A DNA stretch of 43,062 bases from a virus (Duplodnaviria; Heunggongvirae; Uroviricota; Caudoviricetes): the IMG/VR virus record IMGVR_UViG_2663763326_000007. One strand, 5' to 3'. This document shows positions 19,295-27,162 of the stretch, in pieces. Both the position numbers and the translations under genes were made by a program. Position 1 is the first letter of the stretch, and every line of letters begins with the position of its first letter. The notes below the pieces were generated by a model. That model saw only the letters and a list, made by a program, of their open reading frames with translations, searched no databases and was not told where the DNA came from.

Positions 19295-19647
19295 TAAAAA
19301 TCCTCACCGGAACCGGAAATACCCAAAATGAAAAAATACTAAAAACGAGCGAGTTTTTGCGCGTCTACCGACCCTCGGTGTTTTGGATTTCGGAAAGGAC
19401 CCGCGACCAGGGGGCTATCTCCCTTTCAGGACAGGAATTAGGGGCTCGCATCAGGTTCATCAAACTCAACTGTAGCCTCGCGGCGTACTTGTTTGCATAC
19501 ATCAGCTTTGTGTATCTGATTATCAGCGTAAGCTTTCACTTTGGCAGCGAGCCATCCTTTTGTGCTGTATCGATAGACTACCGAACAAGTTTTCCATATA
19601 TGTATATATCTTGAACTTATTGATATCATTACAGAAAAACAACAACC

Positions 19648-19908
19648 ATGAGAACGCAAAAAATGAACAGAGAAAAAATTGAAGCCTTAATGAGCGTAAT
19701 ATTAAAAGAAGCTGACCCAAAAAAGTTTCCTGAGAAGTTATCAGAGGACGCCATCGTATCTTTTTATCGTGCGAACTCCTCTTATCTAAATTGTTCAACT
19801 TTAAGAGAATGGCTAAGCGGCGAAGCAGAGCCTTCAGATGAGATACTTCAGAAGATTATGGTTCAGAACAACTGGCGCGCAACAAAATGGTCAAATCAGT
19901 TACCTTAA
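19648..19908 (+). CDS. Hypothetical small acidic protein, antisense to the late operon (moron-like)
   Basis: 86-aa ORF on the opposite strand between the lysis cassette and the packaging genes. Confidence 0.4.
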   Translation: MRTQKMNREKIEALMSVILKEADPKKFPEKLSEDAIVSFYRANSSYLNCSTLREWLSGEAEPSDEILQKIMVQNNWRATKWSNQLP

Positions 19909-19922
19909 TCTGTTGAATGTGT

Positions 19923-19946
19923 GCCGCCTTAAAACAAAAAGGCGGC
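19923..19946. terminator. Hairpin between convergent genes (possible bidirectional terminator)
   Basis: GCCGCCTT-AAAACAAA-AAGGCGGC stem-loop between the stop at 19906..19908 (plus) and the stop at 19968..19970 (minus); flanks only moderately T-rich. Confidence 0.35.
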
Positions 19947-19967
19947 CTCTCGTTAAAGTAAATTACC

Positions 19968-20162
19968 CTATTTTCCACCAAGGCATGAAGCCTCTGCCCC
20001 GGTTGAATCAATACAACCACCGTTCGCAGTAGTAATCTTCGTACCCGGCGCGATCATCACGTGTTTAATACTGCTGCCGTCAGCGCGAGTCGCTTCGGTG
20101 TATGTCGAATGTGTGCAGCCTGCCAGCGTGAAGAACGCGACAGCTAAGAGAAGTTTTTTCAC
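19968..20162 (-). CDS. Small lipoprotein (signal peptide with LAGC lipobox), function unknown
   Basis: MKKLLLAVAFFTLAGC.. is a textbook lipoprotein signal; 64 aa, Thr/Gly/Ala-rich, not Pro-rich like Rz1, no C-terminal membrane helix. Confidence 0.65.
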   Translation of the reverse strand: MKKLLLAVAFFTLAGCTHSTYTEATRADGSSIKHVMIAPGTKITTANGGCIDSTGAEASCLGGK

Positions 20163-20285
20163 GTTTTACCTACGCTTCTGAGATAGATTTCTCAGCATTC
20201 ACCAATGGAAGTGATTGTGGAACATCCGTTTGACCTGCTGGCCAGCGGTAGCCTGTTACGCGGGAACGAGGAAAAGCTTTGATAT

Positions 20286-20648
20286 TTACTTCATCTGCCT
20301 GGTTGCCCCCAAAATCATTAAATCCCCGGCGGCATTTTTCCCGACAACAAAGCCGACGTGACCACCGCCAGACCGAGACAGAATAGCAATGCATCCATAG
20401 GCGGGTTCCTTCAGTTCATTACCCCAATCGAGATAAGAATTCGCAGACTCAAAACGCGTTGAGCGAATACCCGCACGTTCCAGCATTGCCCCGGTGAAAG
20501 CAGCGCACCACGGTGTTTCGTCATCCTTAATGCCGCCGCGTTTGATATCTTTCCAGTACTGCACAATTTCTGCAGCATGTTGCTTCCCTTTCATTTCCCG
20601 AATGCCGAGGTTTTTTCGAGCCTCGATTAGCCATTTAGGATCCGTCAT
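20286..20648 (-). CDS. Putative cell-wall hydrolase (NlpC/P60- or CHAP-like peptidase), candidate endolysin
   Basis: 120 aa with Cys in ..DETPWCAAFTG.. and His in ..GGGHVGFVVG.., a papain-like Cys-His arrangement; downstream of two membrane proteins. Confidence 0.55.
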   Translation of the reverse strand: MTDPKWLIEARKNLGIREMKGKQHAAEIVQYWKDIKRGGIKDDETPWCAAFTGAMLERAGIRSTRFESANSYLDWGNELKEPAYGCIAILSRSGGGHVGFVVGKNAAGDLMILGATRQMK

Positions 20649-20920
20649 TACCTGTCTCCTGTTATTTTTGAAATATTCCCTCGTGCCCGCCAGACAGCAA
20701 TACAGATGGTGAGGTTGAGAAAGAACTCTGCGGGATCAACCTGCGTATATTTCCCGTAAAAAATTCGTAGGGCTATCCACGCAGCAGACAGAATCGCGAG
20801 GTAAGCAGTTAGTGAGATGAAAAAACGATAGCGGCCTGTTTTTTGAAAAAACATCAACCGTAGTGCCAACATCAGACAAATAATTGCATTGGCATTGATG
20901 AGGACAGAGTGCAGGGTCAT
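20648..20920 (-). CDS. Small membrane protein (holin/antiholin-like)
   Basis: 90 aa with two to three hydrophobic helices; sits between the holin-like gene and the hydrolase. Confidence 0.45.
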   Translation of the reverse strand: MTLHSVLINANAIICLMLALRLMFFQKTGRYRFFISLTAYLAILSAAWIALRIFYGKYTQVDPAEFFLNLTICIAVWRARGNISKITGDR

Positions 20921-21303
20921 TATTTCATCCCCTTATCTGATTTCCATAAACGAGCTTGTGACATGATCCGCAACAGTGATGTAACGCTGATTACTGATGC
21001 AACCAGTGCACCAATGGCGGGAGAGACTTTTACTGTTACGGGAGGGTTCAGGTGACTCAGCACCGCGTTCAGAATACCGGTAATGATGGCTGACGCTGTC
21101 TCAGCGCAATACACACCGCCAACAAACGAAATGAGTGCGAAAATAACCTGCTTCCAGAATCGATGCTGCCCGGACGACAACACATAGAGAGCTGCGCCTG
21201 CCAGCGCACAGATCATCACTGCAGGTGTTGCCTCAGGAAATAACGCAGCAAACGTCACCCCCGCCGAGCCAGCAGCAACGCCAGCGGTTAGAGGTTCAGA
21301 CAT
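20920..21303 (-). CDS. Putative holin
   Basis: Start chosen at the internal ATG at 21301..21303 (MSEPLTAGVAAG..) preceded by AGGA; several hydrophobic helices; first gene after the late promoter. Confidence 0.5.
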   Translation of the reverse strand: MSEPLTAGVAAGSAGVTFAALFPEATPAVMICALAGAALYVLSSGQHRFWKQVIFALISFVGGVYCAETASAIITGILNAVLSHLNPPVTVKVSPAIGALVASVISVTSLLRIMSQARLWKSDKGMK

Positions 21304-21320
21304 GATTTTTCCTGATTCAG

Positions 21321-21347
21321 AAACGACAAAACCCCGCCGTGGCGAGG
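21321..21347 (-). terminator. tR'-like intrinsic terminator in the late-gene leader
   Basis: Minus-strand RNA folds as CCUCGC-CACG-GCGGGG (one G-U pair) followed by UUUUGUCGUUU, about 40 nt downstream of the promoter and just before the holin start. Confidence 0.5.
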
Positions 21348-21383
21348 TTCTTAGAAATTTGGCAACATACCAAATTAGCGTCA

Positions 21384-21411
21384 AATATGGCCTATTTTGT
21401 TCGTTTTTGCA
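21384..21411 (-). promoter_or_regulatory. pR'-like late promoter
   Basis: Minus strand: -35 TTGCAA (21406..21411), 16-17 bp spacer, -10 CATATT (21384..21389), immediately after the Q-like gene stop. Confidence 0.4.
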
Positions 21412-21415
21412 AGCA

Positions 21416-22087
21416 TTATACGCAAACGTCGTCTAAATGGTTCTGATAATGATGCAAAGTTGCAAGAAGTGCCACTTCATCAAGTGCTCTCACCGCCTCT
21501 TTCATTCCTACCCAGTGCAGGGAGTATGTTTCGCACCAGGTGGAACGAGAAACCGACAGCATTCCTGCTAGGGTAGATCCGGCCATCTCCTTAAAATCCT
21601 CGCGTTTATTTGCTGCTGCGACCGCCTGCACGGACAACCACACCAACGAAAGCAGGCGCTTAACTACTTTTCTCTGAGTTGACGCGGGGATGTTTCCTTT
21701 ATAGCGACTCCAGACAGCCTCACAAATAGCTGTTTGGTGTTTGAATGCCAGGTTACCACCGTAGCAATAACGCAACCACGCTTGCTGACTTGCATCCAGC
21801 GAGTTCACAGAACGCCGCCAGGATGAATCAGCAAATTCAAAATCACTCATCGGCGGCGCGGGGCGACGTCTGCTGAAACTTTCCAGAGCGTAAACTGGCG
21901 TAACCAGAGCATCAACGGTCCGGTCCTCCAGCTGCACACGGTGAATATGTTTGCGTGGGTATGCGTTTTTGTCTGCCGGTGGGTGCTCACACAATGCTTC
22001 CAGTTGCCCCTTAGAACCACCAGACAAATCCCGCAATGCAGCGCGCAGTTTTATGCGGGTATATTCCAATAAATACTCGTTACTCAT
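21416..22087 (-). CDS. Putative late-gene antiterminator (Q-like)
   Basis: 223-aa ORF immediately upstream of the promoter-terminator pair and lysis genes, the lambdoid Q position; family assignment tentative. Confidence 0.5.
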   Translation of the reverse strand: MSNEYLLEYTRIKLRAALRDLSGGSKGQLEALCEHPPADKNAYPRKHIHRVQLEDRTVDALVTPVYALESFSRRRPAPPMSDFEFADSSWRRSVNSLDASQQAWLRYCYGGNLAFKHQTAICEAVWSRYKGNIPASTQRKVVKRLLSLVWLSVQAVAAANKREDFKEMAGSTLAGMLSVSRSTWCETYSLHWVGMKEAVRALDEVALLATLHHYQNHLDDVCV

Positions 22088-22380
22088 CAGATAAACTCCT
22101 CATCGCGCCAGATAGCCAGTGTTCTGAAAACTCCCTCAGCGTGCATCAACAACAATGAGTCGTGCTCGTAATCCGTTTTTGTACGTCCGTCGATGGCATC
22201 GTGACACGCACTGCAGGCGATAGCGCCCTGCATATCGTGAGGTTTGATGGCTGTGCCGCACGTTCCGGCGAGACGATAATGAGCCAGTACGCTGGTTTCA
22301 GGATTGTGATTGCACACACCGGGGATACGCACAGTACAAGCGCGACTGCGTGCAGCTTTTCTCAGGTCGATTTTTTTCAT
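22087..22380 (-). CDS. Nin-region protein, Cys/His-rich (DUF1364 / YbcO-like putative nuclease)
   Basis: 97 aa with ..CTVRIPGVCNHNPETSVLAHYR..CSACHDAIDG..; sits just upstream of the Q-like gene as in DLP12-type prophages. Confidence 0.45.
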   Translation of the reverse strand: MKKIDLRKAARSRACTVRIPGVCNHNPETSVLAHYRLAGTCGTAIKPHDMQGAIACSACHDAIDGRTKTDYEHDSLLLMHAEGVFRTLAIWRDEEFI

Positions 22381-22973
22381 GATGTGTAATCCAGCAGCTG
22401 CGCGGCGGCATTTTCAGCGGCCTCCTGAGAGGCAAATGTGCGGAACAAAATATAATTCCACAGCACATCTAAAACGGCTGAATACAGTTGACCGAACTCA
22501 AGATCGTCCATCGCTGCAAACGAGATTGAACGAGGTACGCGCATCAAACTGCCGTCTGGCATCTGATGAACGTCATAAAACCCAGCTTCCATAATCGCCC
22601 ATGCGCGAAACGCCTCGAACGACTTCACCGCACTGATACTCCCCGCGCGCTTTTCCGACTCATCGAGAAGATACTGATCAGCCAGCTCTGCCATGACATC
22701 ACCGTGTCCACCGTAATACGCCAGTAACTTAACGTAGCCGTGAACCAGTTCGCGCTCCGCAGGAGAAATAGCCCCTCCGGACGGATGCCAGTAATCAAAG
22801 CCCAGGTTGAGAAGTGAGAAAAATTTACGATGAAACGCGGGATTACGCGCCTGTTTGAAATCTGCATACACAACAGCACCTGGTTTGACTCGTTCAGTCA
22901 ACCAGCGTTGCGTGTCTGGTGTCGCGGGTATTAGCGAACCGCCGGATACCCTGATAAATGAATGCTGCGCCAT
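22377..22973 (-). CDS. Conserved phage protein of the nin-like region
   Basis: 198-aa ORF overlapping the next gene by 4 bp (operon coupling). Confidence 0.4.
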   Translation of the reverse strand: MAQHSFIRVSGGSLIPATPDTQRWLTERVKPGAVVYADFKQARNPAFHRKFFSLLNLGFDYWHPSGGAISPAERELVHGYVKLLAYYGGHGDVMAELADQYLLDESEKRAGSISAVKSFEAFRAWAIMEAGFYDVHQMPDGSLMRVPRSISFAAMDDLEFGQLYSAVLDVLWNYILFRTFASQEAAENAAAQLLDYTS

Positions 22974-23050
22974 GGTTAACTCCAGGTGGCGCGGCAGTGT
23001 TCAGAAAATGATGCCGGGTGTTCAATCCAGCACCGATATTATACCGTGTT

Positions 23051-23230
23051 TTACGCGTCAGGGGGTGTAATAGTATATCCAGCTATTTCTGCCAACTCGA
23101 GAAACGCCATCAGGCTGGCAATCCGCTCATCATCGGTCAGAACACGCACACCAACGATGTGTCCGTCCTTACGCTTGATAACAGCCCGGCATGTTTCCGG
23201 TAGTTCGCCTATAGATTCTTGAATATTCAT
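23051..23230 (-). CDS. Small 59-aa protein behind a LexA-box promoter (candidate SOS-inducible antirepressor or induction factor)
   Basis: ATG at 23228..23230 (MNIQESIGELPETCRAVIKRKDGHIVGVRVLTDDERIASLMAFLELAEIAGYTITPPDA) preceded by GGGGGAAG; promoter and LexA box directly upstream. Confidence 0.5.
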   Translation of the reverse strand: MNIQESIGELPETCRAVIKRKDGHIVGVRVLTDDERIASLMAFLELAEIAGYTITPPDA

Positions 23231-23249
23231 GTCTTCCCCCAATGCCACA

Positions 23250-23269
23250 ACCTGTATATTTATACAGTA
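23250..23269 (-). promoter_or_regulatory. LexA (SOS) box overlapping the -10 of a sigma70-like promoter
   Basis: ACCTGTATATTTATACAGTA has the CTGT-N8-ACAG core with an AT-rich spacer, 3 mismatches to TACTGTATATATATACAGTA; minus strand has -35 ATGACA, 17 bp, -10 TATAAA inside the box, 22 bp before the ATG. Confidence 0.7.
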
Positions 23270-23343
23270 TTTTATGGCATTTGTCATAACGCCAAATACA
23301 ATGAGGGAATAATGAACAATTATATTCACGTCGTGAATTTTAT

Positions 23344-23374
23344 TAAACGGTTTTATAGGGGATTAAACCGTTTA
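23344..23374. repeat. Perfect 10-bp inverted repeat (hairpin) between the upstream gene and the LexA-controlled promoter
   Basis: TAAACGGTTT-(10 nt)-AAACCGTTTA starting 7 bp after the stop of the 23381..24022 gene. Confidence 0.35.
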
Positions 23375-23380
23375 TGGTCA

Positions 23381-24022
23381 TTATTTATCACTCCTGTAAA
23401 TTGGAATTAACCATTTTCTAATCGTCGACGCTGCAGGTGGGTCAGAGTATTTCGCCACAAAAATACCGGATATGTATTGCACGCCACGCGATAATGGCGC
23501 TGTCGGGTTTTCAGTAAAAAAACGATCAGCCAGTTCAATGGCTTCGCTTTTTAATCTGTGCTGTGGTCGTCCTCCGCCCTTTGTTCCCAGGTATCGCGCC
23601 AGTTGTTTGAAACGGTAGGCGATGATTAACGGTCGCATCATCATATTGAAAAAATCGCGGGCATCGTTGTCAGCGCCTTGCGCTATCAACAGTGCAAAAA
23701 ACAGATACGGGATTATGTACACTTCAGGAGATATACGAACCCGTTCACAAGTTGGTGGAGCCAACTCAATAAGTAAGTCAGCCAGCGGATTCCCCTTTTC
23801 TCCACGTTTGTAATAGCGATACAGCGGCCCGATATCAAGTTCACTCACGTCGATTTCAGGATGCCCGGCAACGACTGTACGTATCTCTTCTGCCAGAGCG
23901 TCAAATATTGCCCCGGTCCGTTCAAGATAGAGCCTCCGGGTCGAACCGCGATCATCCAACGCCCGTAACATATCTAACCGGCTAACGAAAGTTTCAGGCC
24001 AGTCCTCATAGAAGGTTTTCAT
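23381..24022 (-). CDS. Hypothetical protein (about 213 aa), accessory gene
   Basis: Start set at the internal ATG 24020..24022 (MKTFYEDWPETF..) preceded by GAGGT; no family recognised. Confidence 0.45.
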   Translation of the reverse strand: MKTFYEDWPETFVSRLDMLRALDDRGSTRRLYLERTGAIFDALAEEIRTVVAGHPEIDVSELDIGPLYRYYKRGEKGNPLADLLIELAPPTCERVRISPEVYIIPYLFFALLIAQGADNDARDFFNMMMRPLIIAYRFKQLARYLGTKGGGRPQHRLKSEAIELADRFFTENPTAPLSRGVQYISGIFVAKYSDPPAASTIRKWLIPIYRSDK

Positions 24023-24265
24023 AATTACCTCGAATAATAAAAACTGCACTATTTGCACAATTTATTATTCGTTTTCACGCCGCTGAGTTCTATAAAAAAG
24101 AAAAAACCTCCGAGGCAGGGTTTTGTTATGGCTCGTTAAATCATCATCCAACTTTTTAGACTGAACGGTGATACTTGCAAATATTTGAAAATATGGGCTG
24201 GAACCCTATCTTATGATGTGCCTGGTAATTTATATTGTTGGGTCTTTATATCATGAGGAATCACT

Positions 24266-24499
24266 ATGGGTACGTTAGGCAACCAGCCGTGCAGAAGTCG
24301 TTATGAGTTCGATGATTTTAATTTAGCCAATCGAGCTGCGGCTCTTACTAAGTTAGCAAAAGAAACTGGTGTATCGGTGGATACCTTAATCAAACTTGAA
24401 ATTGCTATGCAACTGAATCGGCTCAACTCCATCCTTATCGAAAACGGTGACAAGATGGACGAGAATCTGGCAGGTATTGGCGAGATACTGCAGAAGTGA
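24266..24499 (+). CDS. Hypothetical small protein (77 aa), possibly helix-turn-helix
   Basis: GAGGAA before the ATG; ..AALTKLAKETGVSVDTLIKLEIA.. looks like a helix-turn-helix; followed by a hairpin. Confidence 0.4.
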   Translation: MGTLGNQPCRSRYEFDDFNLANRAAALTKLAKETGVSVDTLIKLEIAMQLNRLNSILIENGDKMDENLAGIGEILQK

Positions 24500-24505
24500 G
24501 AGTAG

Positions 24506-24535
24506 CCCCTCTTCTGAGGGGTTGCACATTTAAAA
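24506..24535 (+). terminator. Putative intrinsic terminator
   Basis: CCCCTC-TTCT-GAGGGG stem-loop 7 bp after the stop codon, followed by TTGCACATTTAAAATATT. Confidence 0.4.
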
Positions 24536-24897
24536 TATTAAGGGCGGTCTTCTTCACGTACACAGTCACCTGGTCGAATCGTTCACGCATACTGAGTACA
24601 AAAAATCTCAACGATAAGATCAGGTTAGACCTGTATTTTCCAGAAACATATAGACGCCTAAAAAAACACTAAACTCATGATTATCATGTATGTTTTTACT
24701 GGAAACATTGAACCATCCACAATACAGCGTAAAAAGCAAGCAATTCACAAGATTTTAAAGTGATTTATCTGGAAGACTTTACTACTAACAGTTAATATCG
24801 TACCAGAAGTGCAGAATTTGCACTTTTACAGGAATGTGGTACGGAACATGCTGTCTATATTTCAACCAATAATCGTAATGCAGTAACTGGAGGAGCT

Positions 24898-25386
24898 ATG
24901 GCTACCAACCCAAGAGAGCACGCCCGGCGAGTGCTGGACACGTTCTGGTGCGGGCGTGGTTTCCCTGTTGATCCAGCGAAAATTGCTCACGACATGGGAT
25001 TAGATGTTTTTATTACCGATCTTCCTGGGAAAGTTTCTGGCGCACTGATTAAACAAAAAGATCAAGATCCAGCGATCTTTCTAAACAGTGATGACAACAA
25101 AGTTCGTCAACGTTTTTCATGTGGGCATGAGTTGGGGCATTACATCGCCCGGCAAGCATCGCATAGCGATGAATATGAGTACGTTGATTTACGTGGCGAA
25201 ACCGCAAGCGCCGGAACGCATCCTGATGAAATTTTTGCAAACAAGTTCGCAGCAGAACTTCTGATGCCGGTAGATGAGGTCAGAAAACTGCACGCTGACG
25301 GTCAACCAAGTTATATAATGGCGCATTATTTTGGCGTATCTGACGATGCGATGACTTATCGTTTAAAGAACTTGAGGTTGGGGTAA
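24898..25386 (+). CDS. ImmA/IrrE-family zinc metallopeptidase (M78-like), stand-alone peptidase domain
   Basis: HEXXH motif in ..FSCGHELGHYI.. and a downstream Glu in ..NKFAAELLMP..; GGAGGAG ribosome-binding sequence. Confidence 0.7.
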   Translation: MATNPREHARRVLDTFWCGRGFPVDPAKIAHDMGLDVFITDLPGKVSGALIKQKDQDPAIFLNSDDNKVRQRFSCGHELGHYIARQASHSDEYEYVDLRGETASAGTHPDEIFANKFAAELLMPVDEVRKLHADGQPSYIMAHYFGVSDDAMTYRLKNLRLG

Positions 25387-25395
25387 CGCTTTAAA

Positions 25396-26001
25396 ATGCC
25401 ATCGGATGACGATTTTAACAGCCGTTTCAAACAGGAAGTAGCACGCAGACTGAAGGATTCCCTCAACCTACACCGTCAGTTAGCAGAAGAGGTTGAGCCG
25501 GAGGACGATGAAACTCCGGTTCAGTCTCCTGACGAAGCTTCACCTCAGCCAAAGGTTTCGCACGCCCCCAAAAAAACGGCTGTCCGTATTCGCGGAATAG
25601 CCAGAAAAAGAGCTGCCGAAGCTCGCAAAATGGCTGTAGCTGCGTCTAGCAAAAGAATTCCAACTGCTACACCCTCTCAACAAGTCACCCGTACTGAGAG
25701 TAAAATCTTGACCGAGTTCACATCTGTGAAACAGGTGAATTCACTTGATACCGAGCATGAGCGCAAACAACTCAACAACAAAGATTTTGAAGCAGAAATC
25801 GCTCTAAAAAAACGATACGGGAAATGGTTCCTGATTATCCTTGCTTTCCAACTTCTGATAATGAATGGTGTATTTATTGCCGACGGCGCAGGTAAGCTGG
25901 AATTTGAGGATTTAACACTACAGTTGTACATGGGCGGTACTTTGACAGAGGTATTCGGCCTCGTGCTGGTCGTGACAAAATACCTTTTTAAACGCAAGTA
26001 A
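25396..26001 (+). CDS. Membrane protein with charged, low-complexity N-terminal region and two C-terminal transmembrane helices
   Basis: Starts 10 bp after the peptidase stop; hydrophobic segments ..WFLIILAFQLLIMNGVFIA.. and ..GGTLTEVFGLVLVVTKYLF.. Confidence 0.55.
   Translation: MPSDDDFNSRFKQEVARRLKDSLNLHRQLAEEVEPEDDETPVQSPDEASPQPKVSHAPKKTAVRIRGIARKRAAEARKMAVAASSKRIPTATPSQQVTRTESKILTEFTSVKQVNSLDTEHERKQLNNKDFEAEIALKKRYGKWFLIILAFQLLIMNGVFIADGAGKLEFEDLTLQLYMGGTLTEVFGLVLVVTKYLFKRK
25930..26001 (+). repeat. 72-bp direct repeat, copy 1 (3' end of the membrane-protein gene)
   Basis: ATGGGCGGTACTTTGACAGAGGTATTCGG..CGCAAGTAA recurs at 29352..29423 with about 6 mismatches. Confidence 0.85.
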
Positions 26002-26463
26002 CTCTCTCGGTCCAACAGTCTTTCGAAGGCCCTGATCAAAGGGCCTTGATAAATTAGCAGTGCGTTGAAAACAGATAGTTATTCCCATCAGTTCCAACGT
26101 AATACACATCAAAAAAATCACCATTCTTTTGCTCTAACGTCAACACCTACCCTTAAAAAAATAATTCTCCAAGAATGAGAAAGTTATTGTGTGTATTAGA
26201 TAAGATATGAGCTGACACATCTATGGCGTGGAGCCAAATTTAATATGACAGTCCGCTCTGTGCCATAAGCGGACTGTCAATAAACAGATTCACTTGTAAA
26301 TCTTGAAGCTATACATATTTACTTTCAATGATAAATAAAAGAACTATCCAAAAATCACTGAGAGCATATTTTAACTAACCCTCCGCTACTATTAACATAA
26401 ATTTCACCCAACCATAATTAAATTGATACATATAGCAACTTACCTTGATACGAATCATCTGGG

Positions 26464-27162
26464 TTATATTTTTCCATATTTTTTTCCGTCAAATCGAATC
26501 ATGCCAGGATCAAGAAAATTAATTAAATCGATTAACGCGTGCTGTATTCTGATTAGCCTTTCTTTATAAATTCCGATATCTCTTGTCATATTTATCACTT
26601 CATTGTTTAAATCTAAAAAAAATGGCTCATTGATAAAGCAATTTTCCTTTGTGAAACTGCCGTAACCTATGCAATCAAATCCAGTATCTGTTGATATCAG
26701 CATCTTTTCTGCAATAGCTCTCTGCTCTCCTATGAAAAACATAAAATACTGACCAAAGACGTCTGTTTGGATTAATGAGTTAATATTGTTCTGTAATCTA
26801 ATAAACTCCCTCATTTTTTTATTTTTTTCTAGGCTAAGGTATTGAATGTCTATGCGGGCAGCTTCTGTCCATGCAAAAAACTGGGAAAAAAGAAAAACAG
26901 TATTGTTGATAACATAATCTTGTTGGCGCTTATTCCCATTATGATAAAACTCTTCAATGAACCCCAATTCTAATATATTATAAATACGGCTTTGTAAGTC
27001 TGAAGCTGAGCGAATTAACGGTTCAATATAGTACTGATGTTTTCTCCTTACATCCAGTGATTCATTGAGCTTGTTTATTCTATTCTGATTATAAGTAGAT
27101 ATAGCAATAGAGATTATAGCTATTGCACCACTAATAAAGCTTGAAATTAATGCCGTACCCAT
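26464..27162 (-). CDS. Low-GC protein with N-terminal transmembrane helix (232 aa), function unknown
   Basis: ATG at 27160..27162 with AAGGA 7 nt upstream; N-terminal ..LISSFISGAIAIISIAISTY..; Asn/Ile/Lys-rich, far more AT-rich than the flanking phage genes. Confidence 0.5.
   Translation of the reverse strand: MGTALISSFISGAIAIISIAISTYNQNRINKLNESLDVRRKHQYYIEPLIRSASDLQSRIYNILELGFIEEFYHNGNKRQQDYVINNTVFLFSQFFAWTEAARIDIQYLSLEKNKKMREFIRLQNNINSLIQTDVFGQYFMFFIGEQRAIAEKMLISTDTGFDCIGYGSFTKENCFINEPFFLDLNNEVINMTRDIGIYKERLIRIQHALIDLINFLDPGMIRFDGKKYGKI

Noticed and set aside
20170-20394. 74-aa minus-strand ORF overlapping the hydrolase gene, considered as a possible embedded spanin (Rz-like)
   Set aside because: No N-terminal membrane helix or coiled coil, and the Cys/Arg-rich translation looks like an out-of-frame artefact.
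24819-24835. Palindrome AGTGCAGAATTTGCACT upstream of the peptidase gene, considered as a LexA box
   Set aside because: It does not fit the CTGT-N8-ACAG pattern; it may be an operator for another regulator, but there is no basis to assign one.
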